Shown in pieces: positions 35,934 to 46,632 of a stretch of 64,000 nt of DNA. A program made the translations under genes and the position numbers. The DNA comes from Candidatus Nomurabacteria bacterium. GTDB lineage: Bacteria; Patescibacteriota; Patescibacteriia; HK-STAS-PATE-3. The stretch covers positions 576,001 through 640,000 of the forward strand of contig CP060223.1 of the NCBI GenBank assembly GCA_023898465.1, given 5' to 3'. Positions within the stretch are counted from its first letter, which is position 1. The number at the start of each line of letters is the position of its first letter. The notes under the pieces are model-generated. The model was not told where the DNA came from. It ran no database searches and saw nothing but the letters and a program-made list of their open reading frames with translations.

Positions 35934-36749
35934 TTAAAGCCAGAATATGATAAGCAAGATGCCGAGTGCGATACGATACCAGGCAAATCCTCGTAAGGTG
36001 TGTGACTGAAAAAAACGAAGTAGGAAACGAATAGCAATAAGACCGGTAATGAAGGAGCTGGCAAAACCTAAAAGCATAGTAAATATCTCTTGACTGTCTA
36101 CGCCCTGGGATGCAAGCTCAGCTAAAACCTTCACTGCAGCCGCAAAGACAATCGGGACAGATAGCAAAAAGGAAAAGCGAGCTGCATCATAGTGACGTAA
36201 TCCAAGGAAGCGTCCTGCCACAATAGTGCTACCTGAACGGGAAATACCAGGCACCAGGGCTAAAGCTTGTGCTAAGCCAATCCAAATAACATCTTTAAAG
36301 GCAATGCTCTCCCCTGTGCGATTAGCCTCCTGACGATCTGCCCAGAAGAAAAAGAGACCGCCGATGAATAAAGTTACCCCAACGGAAACAGCGCTCCGGA
36401 ATGTATCAGCTAAGAAGGATTCAAAAAATAATCCAACGAGAGCGGCCGGAATACTGCCTACCACGAGATACCAAAACATACGACGTTCACGTGAATCTGA
36501 TTGATCAGGCCTCCGTGTTATTGATCGAATTCCTGCTAAGAAAATACGCCAAAGGTCGCGACGGAAAAAAACCAACAAGGCACATAAGGTACCCACGTGA
36601 AGAGCAACATCAAAAGCTAAAGCATCAGCAGCTGAAAAATCAGGCCAAATAGCATGGAGTACGACAAGATGACCAGAGCTCGATATTGGAAAGAATTCAG
36701 TAACCCCCTGCACTAGACCAAAGAGAATCGACAAGAGCGCATCAAACAT
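35934..36749 (-). CDS. uppP: Undecaprenyl-diphosphatase (BacA/UppP)
   Basis: MFDALLSILFGLVQGVTEFFPISSSGHLVVL is the canonical UppP N-terminus. Confidence 0.9.
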   Translation of the reverse strand: MFDALLSILFGLVQGVTEFFPISSSGHLVVLHAIWPDFSAADALAFDVALHVGTLCALLVFFRRDLWRIFLAGIRSITRRPDQSDSRERRMFWYLVVGSIPAALVGLFFESFLADTFRSAVSVGVTLFIGGLFFFWADRQEANRTGESIAFKDVIWIGLAQALALVPGISRSGSTIVAGRFLGLRHYDAARFSFLLSVPIVFAAAVKVLAELASQGVDSQEIFTMLLGFASSFITGLIAIRFLLRFFQSHTLRGFAWYRIALGILLIIFWL

Positions 36750-36761
36750 AGAAAAGTAAAC

Positions 36762-37631
36762 TTAATGAAGTACCTGACATTTGGGGCAATAGTGGGCTGA
36801 GCGTCCACCTATTTTTTCCCGCTTCAATATGGTACCACATTGGTGACAGTTTTGCCCGTCTCTACCATAGGCATGTAGATATTTTTGCATGCTTCCTCCC
36901 ATACCTTTCCCTTTACCAAAGTGGTGAAAGGTCGTCCCCTTTTTAGTCACGGCTAACTTTATTATTCTGAGTATTGCCCGATACAAGGCTAATAATTCTT
37001 GATTATTTAGACTGACCACTCGACGTCGTGGATGAACCCTAGCCGCGTAATTTACTTCATCGGCATATATATTACCCAGACCAGCCAAAACTCTCTGGTC
37101 CAATAGCGCATCTTTAATTCTCGCTTTAGGATGTCGATGTAGTCGTTCCAAAAAAGTCTGGAAGCGAAGCTGTTGATTAGGTTCAGGACCTAAGCCTAAA
37201 GATTGAAACCACGTAGCTAATTGACCAGTCTTACGACAATGCAGGTAGGCAAAGCGACGCTGATCATTAAAAAATAGTTGCGTGTTGTCGGAAAGCAAAA
37301 ACACAGCCCCAGTGAAGGTATTTGGCAAATTTTGCAAACCATTGTGAATTGGATGTCCCCCAACCCTTATTACACCTTCCGCGTTGCGATGAATAAGCTG
37401 GCCAGTCATTTTTAAATGCACACAAAGGGTGTAGCCATTATCAAGCTCTAGTAAAAATATTTTTGCTCGTCTTTTTACTGCGGTGATTTTTGCATGTACG
37501 GCGCGCTTAACTGAATATGGAGATTCTTTCACTAACTTCGGATGAAATATTTGGATAGATAAAATCTCCCGGTTTTTTAATACGGGCTGTAAAACTCGTC
37601 GGAGTGTCTCGACTTCCGGTAACTCAGGCAT
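36762..37631 (-). CDS. mutM: Formamidopyrimidine-DNA glycosylase
   Basis: MPELPEVE N-terminus (catalytic Pro2, Glu3). C-terminal zinc finger CHQCG...CPKCQ. Confidence 0.88.
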   Translation of the reverse strand: MPELPEVETLRRVLQPVLKNREILSIQIFHPKLVKESPYSVKRAVHAKITAVKRRAKIFLLELDNGYTLCVHLKMTGQLIHRNAEGVIRVGGHPIHNGLQNLPNTFTGAVFLLSDNTQLFFNDQRRFAYLHCRKTGQLATWFQSLGLGPEPNQQLRFQTFLERLHRHPKARIKDALLDQRVLAGLGNIYADEVNYAARVHPRRRVVSLNNQELLALYRAILRIIKLAVTKKGTTFHHFGKGKGMGGSMQKYLHAYGRDGQNCHQCGTILKREKIGGRSAHYCPKCQVLH

Positions 37632-37637
37632 CCAAGA

Positions 37638-37973
37638 CTACTCGCTACTCAATCCTAAATCGCTCAACTGCAACTCGACCCACTCTCCACTTTCTGGGTC
37701 CTGGCGAAAGAGTTGCAAGAAATCAACTGTCTCGGTGTCGCTATACTCTTTTTCAATCTGCACATCTCCACCAATGCGCTTTGATACAATCGCCTTCTCT
37801 CCCACAAATCGTCCGCGTACGCTACGACTTAATTTCATGTTTCCTTGGGGGCCACGAAAAATAAGTGTCTCGGTAGCACCGTGTCCATCCTCGTCTGGCT
37901 CAGTCGACCTCGACTGTAAATCCAGCTTCTCCTCTATCATCTCACAAATTTCTTCCCATTTTTCATCAAGCAT
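37638..37973 (-). CDS. Hypothetical acidic small protein
   Basis: 111 aa, no motif recognised. Translationally coupled to the upstream receiver gene. Confidence 0.35.
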   Translation of the reverse strand: MLDEKWEEICEMIEEKLDLQSRSTEPDEDGHGATETLIFRGPQGNMKLSRSVRGRFVGEKAIVSKRIGGDVQIEKEYSDTETVDFLQLFRQDPESGEWVELQLSDLGLSSE

Positions 37974-38448
37974 ATTGTTTTTCTTCTGGACTCAATTTGT
38001 TATGCTCCTGATTTGCCCGCTCCTCTGCTTCTAAAAATCCAGCTATTTTTGGATCAACTTCCAATTTCGGAATCTTGCCTGCCAGGAAATCACGCACTCG
38101 ACTCACTAAAGCATGAGGGTCGAAATTTGACTTCACAATAAAATCATTACCACCTAGGTATGCCACACGCTGCTGACTTACCATATCCCCTAAGTTTGAA
38201 ATTACCATAATAGGCAATTTCTTTGTCTCAGGATCTGCACGCAAAATTCTAATTACCTCATAGCCGTCAATTTTAGGCATGAGTAAATCAGCTAAAACTA
38301 AATCTGGCTTAAACTCCTTTACCTCCGCTAATACTCGAGAAGCATCAGCTAAGGCTAGTACGGTAAAACCTGACTTCTCGAAAAGTACCCGGTAGAGTCG
38401 TCGGATCGTTTCAGTGTCTTCGAGAATAAGAATTCGTGTTGTAGCCAT
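37966..38448 (-). CDS. Single-domain response regulator (CheY-like receiver)
   Basis: ILILEDTE...DLVLADLLMPKIDGYEV...MVISNLGD receiver signature, no output domain. Confidence 0.75.
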   Translation of the reverse strand: MATTRILILEDTETIRRLYRVLFEKSGFTVLALADASRVLAEVKEFKPDLVLADLLMPKIDGYEVIRILRADPETKKLPIMVISNLGDMVSQQRVAYLGGNDFIVKSNFDPHALVSRVRDFLAGKIPKLEVDPKIAGFLEAEERANQEHNKLSPEEKQYA

Positions 38449-38498
38449 ATATTTTCCTCCTGGAATTAGGATATCAAATGAATGCGTTCATGACCAGC

Positions 38499-39284
38499 TT
38501 ACTTGTCTTCGGGCAGCTCATTTTTCTCGATTTTTTGGAGAATTTTTGCCCAGGGTAATTTTACCAAGGCATAAATCAAAAAAACGAAAAGAAGAAATAA
38601 AAATGCATTCATTATTACGCTGCCAAGGGAAATTTCTGTGCTAAATACCACATCATGAGCAAAAAGACCCAGAATCGCAATGCCTAGTCCTGCAAGAATC
38701 TTGCCAAAAAGCATGGCGGGTATCAGGTGCCAGAGTGGATAACGTATCATACCCAAGGGTAAAGTGAGCATATCATCGGGTAGAGGTAAACTAGCAAAAG
38801 CAACAATCAAGACTTGAGTTACTACAGGGCGACGATGCACAAAGGCTCTAATAGCCTGATAAGAAGCTGGTCTTTTCCTTTTAAATAGACTTGAGCCAGA
38901 CCACCCCACACCATAACTCACTAATTCGCCCAGGGTTGCCCCCAGGCCGGTCAAAATACCTAGCCAAAGTGGATGGAGACCAAAAGCGGCCAGGAAAAAA
39001 ACGACCGCCGCATACGGTAAAGGACTAAAAACAGTAATATTGCCAATTATGGAAACAATGAAGGTGCCGAGATATCCATACCGAATAGCAGCATCTTGCC
39101 AAGCCTCTGACCACTCAGCCACGCTTCTCTGTGTAGCTGGGTGGGTAAGGAAGAAAACGCTCGCCCCAACAATACAAAGAAAGGAAATTAGTAAAAACCA
39201 CTCTTCCGCGCCCCAGTGTTTTTCAAACACGCCGAAGATATAGCGCTGTTGCTTCTCAGGATTTTCCCTTTTTTCCTCGTCCAC
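38499..39284 (-). CDS. DedA/TVP38-family membrane protein
   Basis: Polytopic. VTT-like core (FSPLPYAAVVFFLAAFGLHPLWLGILTGLGATLGELVSYGVG). Confidence 0.5.
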   Translation of the reverse strand: MDEEKRENPEKQQRYIFGVFEKHWGAEEWFLLISFLCIVGASVFFLTHPATQRSVAEWSEAWQDAAIRYGYLGTFIVSIIGNITVFSPLPYAAVVFFLAAFGLHPLWLGILTGLGATLGELVSYGVGWSGSSLFKRKRPASYQAIRAFVHRRPVVTQVLIVAFASLPLPDDMLTLPLGMIRYPLWHLIPAMLFGKILAGLGIAILGLFAHDVVFSTEISLGSVIMNAFLFLLFVFLIYALVKLPWAKILQKIEKNELPEDK

Positions 39285-40560
39285 GCTTTTGTCGATAACT
39301 AATATAATAGCGACGACCGGCTAGGCGGGCTGGTAAATAACTTTGTTTCCCCTCTTCTGCATCATAGTCATGCGAGTATTTGTAATCACGTCCATAACCT
39401 AAATCTTTCATTAGACTGGTTGGCGCATTACGTAAGTGTAAAGGCACGGCCTCGTTCATACTCTCACGCACATCCTTTTGCGCACGTAATAATGCTTGAT
39501 AGGTACTATTATTCTTAGGGGCGAGAGCGAGCGCAATCGCACAATGCGAGAGATTAAGGGCGCATTCTGGCAAGCCAATGCTTTGAACTGCTTGAAAGGC
39601 GGCAATAGCCAGCGGCAACGCATTTGGATCAGCTAATGACACATCCTCGGAAGCAAAAATAACCATACGACGAGCAATGAAAAGTGGGTCCTGGCCGACT
39701 TCCAACATTCGCGCAAGCCAATAGACGGCTCCATCTGGATCAGACCCACGCATCGATTTAATAAAAGCAGAAATAATGTTGTAGTGTTCCTCGCCCTTTT
39801 TATCAAAAAGCAGATGTCGTTTTTGTATAGCACTTTGCACATGCGCTAAGGTGAGATGCCGCACTCCTTTTGCATCAGGCGCCGCAGTTTTGACGGCGAT
39901 CTCTAAGCTATTAAGCAGGGCGCGAGCATCTCCATTAGCTTCTCCGAGGAGGAAATCAACGGCCTTGGGTGCAAGTTTTGCCTTATACTCTCCATACCCT
40001 CGCAACTTATCACTCAGTGCACGTTTCAACAGCTTTGCTAAATCCTCAGGGCTATGTCGCTCTAAAACATATACCTGACATCGAGAAAGAAGCGGGGCAA
40101 TAATTTCGAAAGAGGGATTTTCGGTCGTGGCACCAATTAACACAATTTCACCATTTTCAACATGTGGCAAAAAAGCATCTTGCTGGGCTTTATTCCAGCG
40201 ATGAATTTCATCCACAAAAAGAATAGTCCGACGACCATGAAATCGCCAGTCATCGCCAGCTTGCTGAACCACTTTACGCAAATCAGCAATGCCCGAAGTA
40301 ACGGCAGACATCTGGATAAATTTTGCCTGAGTCTGCTCAGCAATCAATCGAGCGAGCGTGGTTTTACCCGACCCGGGCGGCCCCCAGAGAATCATGGAAT
40401 AGAGCTCGTCGTTCTGAATCGCCTGCCGTAGGGCCGCTTCCTCTCCGGCCACCTGCTCCTGACCTAGGAACTCAGTAAAGCTCTTTGGCCGCATCCTATC
40501 AGCTAAAGGAGCAGTTCGATCTCGCTCAGGTGCGCGTGCATTCGTAAATAAGTCTTCCAT
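39256..40560 (-). CDS. rarA: Replication-associated recombination protein A (AAA+ ATPase RarA/MgsA)
   Basis: [18 protein letters not shown] Walker A. Walker [21 protein letters not shown]. MgsA C-terminal helical domain. Confidence 0.85.
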   Translation of the reverse strand: MEDLFTNARAPERDRTAPLADRMRPKSFTEFLGQEQVAGEEAALRQAIQNDELYSMILWGPPGSGKTTLARLIAEQTQAKFIQMSAVTSGIADLRKVVQQAGDDWRFHGRRTILFVDEIHRWNKAQQDAFLPHVENGEIVLIGATTENPSFEIIAPLLSRCQVYVLERHSPEDLAKLLKRALSDKLRGYGEYKAKLAPKAVDFLLGEANGDARALLNSLEIAVKTAAPDAKGVRHLTLAHVQSAIQKRHLLFDKKGEEHYNIISAFIKSMRGSDPDGAVYWLARMLEVGQDPLFIARRMVIFASEDVSLADPNALPLAIAAFQAVQSIGLPECALNLSHCAIALALAPKNNSTYQALLRAQKDVRESMNEAVPLHLRNAPTSLMKDLGYGRDYKYSHDYDAEEGKQSYLPARLAGRRYYISYRQKRGRGKKGKS

Positions 40561-40612
40561 AGTACAACCGAAGAATAGCCAAAAACAGCCTTCCTGGCAA
40601 CGCCTGCCTTAG

Positions 40613-41293
40613 CTATTGAGGAAGGTTTTTCTGCTCAGGGTTAACCGGATAGACGTATGAAATAGCCTGGCCACTTAACCACCACGCAAAGCTCGCTACC
40701 ACGATTCCGGCTAATGGATCAAGCACATAGTGTTGCTTCAGGAGTACAGTGGAGAGGATGATGCTAAGTCCCAGTACTATGAAGAACGCTCGCCAATAAC
40801 GATTTCGCACTATGGTCAATGTCGAGAGCAATAATATGACAGTGGTGTAGGTATGACCTGATGGGAAGGAATTATACCGTCTCCCCTGCCCATAGACCCA
40901 CTTCAAAATTTGGTCAAAGCCGTTTTGAACTTCCAGATCTGGGCGTGGAACAGTTGATTGATAGCTTAAATAAATTATGTAAGCCATTACCACCGCGAAG
41001 AGCATGGCAAGCATGAAGCGAAGGTAGGCTTTTGGAAGTCGCCACAAGGTCCAAAGCACATAGGCTGCGCCCCAGCCAAAAAAGCCAAACACATAGACAA
41101 TGACAAATTCTGACACAATGGGAAGCTGATCATCAATAGGCAGCTTAAATGAATGCACTGTCCCCCAGGCTTGATTGATCGGAAAATATAGGGAAAAAAT
41201 TCCAGCCATTAAAACAAGAATTGCAAAACGACCTATGGGCGTACTTAGGTCGATGAAAAGCTTAGGTGATGTTTTTTTCTGCATGTGATTCAT
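40613..41293 (-). CDS. PAP2-family lipid phosphatase
   Basis: PAP2 motifs PSGHT and the KQHYVLDPLAG-type H...D motif. Polytopic membrane protein. Confidence 0.6.
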   Translation of the reverse strand: MNHMQKKTSPKLFIDLSTPIGRFAILVLMAGIFSLYFPINQAWGTVHSFKLPIDDQLPIVSEFVIVYVFGFFGWGAAYVLWTLWRLPKAYLRFMLAMLFAVVMAYIIYLSYQSTVPRPDLEVQNGFDQILKWVYGQGRRYNSFPSGHTYTTVILLLSTLTIVRNRYWRAFFIVLGLSIILSTVLLKQHYVLDPLAGIVVASFAWWLSGQAISYVYPVNPEQKNLPQ

Positions 41294-41979
41294 GAGCCGA
41301 AGCGACGTTGCCGCTTTTGAAAGTCTTGGATCACTCGAATAATATCACGTCGAGTCACGGCTGGCCAATGCTTCTTGAGAAAGAAAAATTCGGCGTATTC
41401 TGCTTGCCACAAGAGATAACCTGAGCTGCGCTGCTCGCCCGAAGTTCTTAGGATCAAGTCCGGCGACGGTAAATCTGGCTGATATAAATACTGGGCAATG
41501 GTTTTTTGATCTATCTTTTCAGCAGGAATTTTCTCCTTTACAATTTTTTTCACTGCATCAACAATCTCATTCCTCCCGCCATAATTCAAACAAAGCTGCA
41601 CAATACCTCGTTTGTTCTGAGCGGTCTTCTCTATAGCTGCCTGAAGTAGTTTTTGTAGCTTATTAGGAAATTCATCCATGCGACCAGACACACGGAGCTG
41701 GATACCCTGCTCATGAAAGCGATCAATCCGATCAGTTAATAGATGAGCAAACATGGCCAAGAGATATTGAACCTCACGTTTCGGGCGTGTCCAGTTTTCC
41801 GATGAAAAGCCCCAGAAGGTCATCACTTTTACGCCCTGGTCAATTGCCGCAAAACAAACCTCTTCGGTCACGTCAGCCCCACGACGGTGTCCTTCTAAGC
41901 TTGGCAAATGATTATCCTTTGCCCAGCGTCGGTTTCCGTCAGGGATAATCGCGATATGTTGGGGAACTTTCTGCGTCAT
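41290..41979 (-). CDS. uppS: Isoprenyl transferase (undecaprenyl diphosphate synthase)
   Basis: HIAIIPDGNRRWAK cis-prenyltransferase signature. Confidence 0.9.
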   Translation of the reverse strand: MTQKVPQHIAIIPDGNRRWAKDNHLPSLEGHRRGADVTEEVCFAAIDQGVKVMTFWGFSSENWTRPKREVQYLLAMFAHLLTDRIDRFHEQGIQLRVSGRMDEFPNKLQKLLQAAIEKTAQNKRGIVQLCLNYGGRNEIVDAVKKIVKEKIPAEKIDQKTIAQYLYQPDLPSPDLILRTSGEQRSSGYLLWQAEYAEFFFLKKHWPAVTRRDIIRVIQDFQKRQRRFGS

Positions 41980-41981
41980 AA

Positions 41982-43079
41982 TTAAGCAGTACGATATACA
42001 CTTATATCGGCTAACACCGACAGCATGCTAGCACAATCAGCATCAATGTGTCGACTTTTTTGTAAAACTTGCTTGGCTTTCTCGGCCTGCGCATTTGCCA
42101 TGCTCTGCACCTCTTCCAGCGCCTTTGTCTTCCCGATAATGCGACGGACCTCTTTTATCTCTGTCTGCGTACGAACTGATTTTGCAAAAAGCGCATCAAG
42201 ATTCTGTCTATCTCGCTGTTTCAATTTTTTTCGGGCCCTTAAAATAATTTCGGTTACCTTCCCCTCTCGTATATCGTTCGAGGGTTTGCCACTGTGACGT
42301 TGCGGAGTAAAGCCCAATAAATCATCAGCTAATTGAAAACCAACGCCCACCGGGATCGCATAATGTTGAAGGTCTCGACGAGTCGCTGAATTCGCCCCTG
42401 CTAAAATTGCCCCCATGGTAAGTGGTAGCGAAAAAGTATATGAGGCAGTTTTCAGCTCTGCTATCGTCGTAATGACATTTTTATTTGTCCTATGCAACCA
42501 GGATTGCTCAATATCCATAAACTCGCCTACATAGGTTTCATGCTGAAGGCTTTTGAGTAAATACACAATCGCCTCCTGAAGCTTTTGAGCTGGCCAGCGC
42601 ATTAACATGAGATAGCGGAAAGCAAGTAGTGACGCATAATTTCCAGTAAACATTGCCATACTTACCCCTCGATGGTGTTTATCAGCACGGCTACCCGGAA
42701 TTGTCTTGCGAAAAGCCTCATGAACAGTTGATCCACCTCTACGAAATTCATCTCGATCAGCAATATCATCTAGGATAAGTAGGTAGTTATGCACTATCTC
42801 GATTACCGCAGCGAGTTGGGCTAGTTTTTTGGGAGCCCTCTTCCCTGTGCTTTCGTAGCCCAAATACACCAACATCGCGCGAACTCGTTTACTTGCCGGA
42901 CGCATAGTAAATTCCCTAAGCAGGTGAAAGCCTTGCTGAAGCGTTGGAGAATGCACTTTTTGCATGTGCACTGACTCGGCCTGAAAAATTTGTTTCAGGG
43001 CTTGATCAGTCTCTTGTCGAATGCGTATTTGCTTTTGCTTGAATCTGAGGGCAGCAGATGAATCTGATCGTGTGCTCAC
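41982..43079 (-). CDS. Polyprenyl synthetase (trans-isoprenyl diphosphate synthase)
   Basis: First and second aspartate-rich motifs LILDDIADRDEFRRG and GFQLADDLLG. Confidence 0.8.
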   Translation of the reverse strand: MSTRSDSSAALRFKQKQIRIRQETDQALKQIFQAESVHMQKVHSPTLQQGFHLLREFTMRPASKRVRAMLVYLGYESTGKRAPKKLAQLAAVIEIVHNYLLILDDIADRDEFRRGGSTVHEAFRKTIPGSRADKHHRGVSMAMFTGNYASLLAFRYLMLMRWPAQKLQEAIVYLLKSLQHETYVGEFMDIEQSWLHRTNKNVITTIAELKTASYTFSLPLTMGAILAGANSATRRDLQHYAIPVGVGFQLADDLLGFTPQRHSGKPSNDIREGKVTEIILRARKKLKQRDRQNLDALFAKSVRTQTEIKEVRRIIGKTKALEEVQSMANAQAEKAKQVLQKSRHIDADCASMLSVLADISVYRTA

Positions 43080-43118
43080 AATGAATCTTGCTAATTACTA
43101 ATTTTTATTTCCCTTCCC

Positions 43119-43195
43119 TGGTCGGGGTGGGGAGACTCGAACTCCCGACCTCAGCGACCCGAACGCTGCGCGCTAGCCAACTGCGCTACACCCCG
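43119..43195 (-). tRNA. tRNA-Pro (anticodon CGG), CCA encoded
   Basis: Reverse complement CGGGGTGTAGCGCAGTTGGCTAGCGCGCAGCGTTCGGGTCGCTGAGGTCGGGAGTTCGAGTCTCCCCACCCCGACCA. Anticodon loop UUCGGGU. Standard cloverleaf. Confidence 0.9.
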
Positions 43196-43298
43196 AACAG
43201 AGAGAGAAAGGGCTCAAATAAGCCATATGCAAATCAACCAGCACATCCTAGCAACCCTAGCTCAAATGGTCAAAATGACCCAAAACTCAAGCTCTGGG

Positions 43299-43976
43299 CT
43301 AGAAGGAGAAACTCTGGGCAGTATCCTCAAAAATCTGATACTCGCTTGTGTCAGGCGCAAAATCAGTCAGCAGCACAAAAGTGTAGGCTCCTCGACTCAC
43401 GACATAACCGCGTTGTTCGCCATCAATACTTAGCATATGTGCATTTAACTGCACTTGGACGCCTAGGCTCTCGGTGTCATCAAGCTGAATGTAAGCGCGG
43501 TCGGAAAATTCTGCTTCTATTGCACTGGTCGGAAATACCTGCACCGCAAAGACTCGCCTATCCCCTGAACGGAGCGACCACTCGCTATACAAATTTCCCG
43601 AGACTGTGCTTGAGGCCACTGCAGTCAAATCTGTAGCCTGCGGGCCATACAATACTGAATAACCAAATTCAGGATTACGATAGGCGTTATCTGGTAATGA
43701 ACTTGAGGTGTCGACCGTGCTTGGCGTTGAGGTATCATCAACAGTCGTATTAGTATTTGCGCTATCGATGTTAAGGTTTTGATTGGCTGCTGTATTGGTA
43801 TTTGAAGTGTTTGCTACATTACCGTTTTCATTCGCAGCGTCTTGCGCTGGTCGCAAAACAAAATAATACAAAGCCCCAGCCGCAGCTACTGCCACAATCA
43901 AAATAAGCGTTATCACAAGAGGACTCATGGAGTGATGAGTCGTGTTTTGAGACTGCTGACCTGTTTGATTTGCCAT
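43299..43976 (-). CDS. Membrane-anchored secreted protein with Thr/Asn-rich low-complexity linker
   Basis: N-terminal TM LVITLILIVAVAAAGALYYFVL, then NTSNTNTAANQN... linker and a C-terminal globular domain. Start moved to the internal Met. Confidence 0.4.
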   Translation of the reverse strand: MANQTGQQSQNTTHHSMSPLVITLILIVAVAAAGALYYFVLRPAQDAANENGNVANTSNTNTAANQNLNIDSANTNTTVDDTSTPSTVDTSSSLPDNAYRNPEFGYSVLYGPQATDLTAVASSTVSGNLYSEWSLRSGDRRVFAVQVFPTSAIEAEFSDRAYIQLDDTESLGVQVQLNAHMLSIDGEQRGYVVSRGAYTFVLLTDFAPDTSEYQIFEDTAQSFSF

Positions 43977-44040
43977 ATTCCCCCTACGATACCCCATTAA
44001 TTAATACTGCTTTATTATAGCAGAATGGTCATTCATGGGT

Positions 44041-44751
44041 CTACTCAAGGCTAGGTTGTAACCATTGCTCGGTCTTAATCACCTCTCTATTAAGCCCTAT
44101 TTCAACAAGTAAGCGAATAAAGCTTTGGACAAATTCCGGAGATCCACATAAGAAACATTCACTCTCCGTTAAATCCGGCACAAGTGCTAATAGACGCTCT
44201 TTTGTAAATCTTCCCAGTTCCCAATTCCGAGCAGACTGACTCGCTCTGGTTAATGTAACTGCAACTCTTATATTTGACTGGTCTTGCTTCCAGGTGAGGA
44301 GCTCATCTTGAAAAATAACATCCTCCTCCTCTCGGGCGCTATAACAAAGTGTAATAGGCCCAACATCCTGGGCAGCTAGAGAACGAAGCATCGACCGAAC
44401 CGGAGCAATACCTGTACCGCCGACTAAAAAGAAAAGGGGTCGGTCAATTTTTTCAGGTAAGCGAAATTTTCCCATTGGTGCACTTAAATGCAAGGTGTCC
44501 CCCACTTTGGCATTGTGTAATGCAGTGGTTATCTTCCCGGTCTTCTCAACAGTAATTTCTAAATTACTATCACTTGGAGCGGATGAAAAAGAAAAAGGTC
44601 GAGCCGGGATTCCACTCTCAGGAACGCTTACCATGGTAAAGGCGCCTGGAACAAAAGTATAAGGCTGTTCTTCGATAAGTGACATGCCAATGGTTTTTAC
44701 CGTCGGCGTCTCCTGTCGCGTGCTAACGATTTTAACTGGGAAGGAATTCAT
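44041..44751 (-). CDS. Oxidoreductase with FAD-binding and NAD(P)-binding domains (ferredoxin-NADP reductase-like)
   Basis: RPFSFSS (RxYS FAD motif). LFFLVGGTGIAPVRSML NAD-binding motif. Confidence 0.65.
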   Translation of the reverse strand: MNSFPVKIVSTRQETPTVKTIGMSLIEEQPYTFVPGAFTMVSVPESGIPARPFSFSSAPSDSNLEITVEKTGKITTALHNAKVGDTLHLSAPMGKFRLPEKIDRPLFFLVGGTGIAPVRSMLRSLAAQDVGPITLCYSAREEEDVIFQDELLTWKQDQSNIRVAVTLTRASQSARNWELGRFTKERLLALVPDLTESECFLCGSPEFVQSFIRLLVEIGLNREVIKTEQWLQPSLE

Positions 44752-45914
44752 GCTCGCCGCAGACTAAGTACGTTTGCTAAGAAAAGAAGACTGAGTAATC
44801 CGGAAAAAGTAAAAAGGAATGGAAGCGGTGCTACGCTAAGTAAAACAGCGGCCAACAATGGCGCAGTCACTTGCCCTAAGCCCATTGCAGAACGAAAAAC
44901 ACTTAATCGCTCTACATCACGCTCTCCAGCTCGGCGAAAAAAAGCCGCAAAGGTAATCTGCTCGATGAAGCTTGTTCCGATTACCCCGATAAATAATCCT
45001 GCAATAATCCAGGGAAGGCTCGGGCCAAAGCCATAAAGAAAGCCTACCACACTTAATATACTGAAACCGGTAATAAGAAATGCTCGCTCCCCTTTTTTAT
45101 CAGCCCATCGGCCGATTGGATACTCAAGCACCACCCATGGAATAGCTGACAAGGAATAGAGTAGACCAAGATTAGCCACTGATAATCCATGACTGGTGAG
45201 GAGTACTGGTAGGAAATACCAAGTAGCGTACAGAAAATACAAACCAAATAATGCAAAATAAATCCGGGCAAGCTCTCTTTCTCGAAAAAACATTTTCAGA
45301 GATGTCCAGAAATTTTCATTCTCTGTCACAACCACCTCATGGTCATATGGTCGAAGTTCAAAAAACAGAATAAAGGCGATAAGTGTTATTAACGCTGCGG
45401 CAACAAAAACCGCCGGAAGGTCAAATCGCGTAGCTACCGCGCCGCCAATAAAAGGTGCCAACACAACACCAAGGTTCACAAATACACCTAGCTTACCCTC
45501 ATTGCCTGAGAGATGCTGAGCGTCTGAATTATGTTTCACATATAAATGCACATTAAACCAGACAAGTGTTACCGCAAAGGTATACAGAGAAAAAATAACC
45601 ACCAAAACCACGATATGACCGATATATCCCATGAGGAACAAGGCGATCGTGGTAAGTCCTAGGAAAAAAATCAATGCTCGCTGCTCATGCAGCTTTCGAA
45701 TAATTCGACCACCTAATAAGTTGGCTACAATACTGACAGTGAAAGAGGCTGAAATGATTAACCCAACAAACTGAAGCGGAACAAGGGTTTTTAAGTAGAG
45801 TGCCAAAAAAGGCTCAATAGTTGCAATGCCCAGAGCTGTTAAAAAGCTCAACGCATAAATAGCCCCGAGAGGTTGAGTTGGACGCAGGCGAAACCGTAGG
45901 TGCATTCTCGACAT
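44748..45914 (-). CDS. MFS transporter
   Basis: About 12 TM helices. MFS-like loop motif GRWADKKGER. Start set at the internal Met (MSRMHLRF). The upstream extension would overlap the divergent gene. Confidence 0.6.
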   Translation of the reverse strand: MSRMHLRFRLRPTQPLGAIYALSFLTALGIATIEPFLALYLKTLVPLQFVGLIISASFTVSIVANLLGGRIIRKLHEQRALIFFLGLTTIALFLMGYIGHIVVLVVIFSLYTFAVTLVWFNVHLYVKHNSDAQHLSGNEGKLGVFVNLGVVLAPFIGGAVATRFDLPAVFVAAALITLIAFILFFELRPYDHEVVVTENENFWTSLKMFFRERELARIYFALFGLYFLYATWYFLPVLLTSHGLSVANLGLLYSLSAIPWVVLEYPIGRWADKKGERAFLITGFSILSVVGFLYGFGPSLPWIIAGLFIGVIGTSFIEQITFAAFFRRAGERDVERLSVFRSAMGLGQVTAPLLAAVLLSVAPLPFLFTFSGLLSLLFLANVLSLRRA

Positions 45915-45990
45915 AACGATGGCATTGTAGCGAGAAGCGACTCGCCAAGCAAGTAGGAGGCACAACCCCACTATGCTATAGTCACCACAT

Positions 45991-46599
45991 ATGCACCACA
46001 ATACTATTGCCCTCGATATCGTACTTTTTCCACCGGAGGAAATCGCCAAAGAGGCAAAGTCTTACAATGAGGAATTGTTGCAGCAAAATCCAGCGGGTTT
46101 ATGTTTAGACGCCACACACCTTCCTCATATGACGCTTATGCAGCTCTATGCAAACTCTGAGAAGCTGCCCGACATAGTAGACAGTATTAGGACCATCAGT
46201 CATCAATTCCAAGCACTGCCTTTACGAATAAATGGCATCAAGGGAATAGCGTTAGAAAATGAACGTGCTTTTTTCCTTACATTGGACCCACAGCCAGAGC
46301 TCTTCCGACTCCACCGTGATCTCATGAATAAACTTCAAACGTATGAAGTAGCGACTGATGCAAAGGCATTTCTACTTGATGCGGATGAGGAAGCTCGACC
46401 GAGCACTCTAGCCTATACCAAAAACTTCCGTGAGCAGGTAAGTTTTGATCACTTTGATCCTCATATAACCATTGGAACTGGTGAACAAATAGACTTTCGC
46501 AACCCAATGGAATTCCTAGCTAGTCAACTAGCAATCTGTCATCTAGGAAATTTCAATACCTGCCGAAAAATACTTTGGGAAACCCAATTAGGTAGATAG
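45991..46599 (+). CDS. 2H phosphoesterase superfamily protein (LigT/2'-5' RNA ligase-like)
   Basis: Two H-x-T-x motifs (HMTLMQ and HITIGT) at the expected spacing. Confidence 0.6.
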   Translation: MHHNTIALDIVLFPPEEIAKEAKSYNEELLQQNPAGLCLDATHLPHMTLMQLYANSEKLPDIVDSIRTISHQFQALPLRINGIKGIALENERAFFLTLDPQPELFRLHRDLMNKLQTYEVATDAKAFLLDADEEARPSTLAYTKNFREQVSFDHFDPHITIGTGEQIDFRNPMEFLASQLAICHLGNFNTCRKILWETQLGR

Positions 46600-46632
46600 T
46601 GCAGATGCCACGCTAAAGGAGACTGAAGCGAT

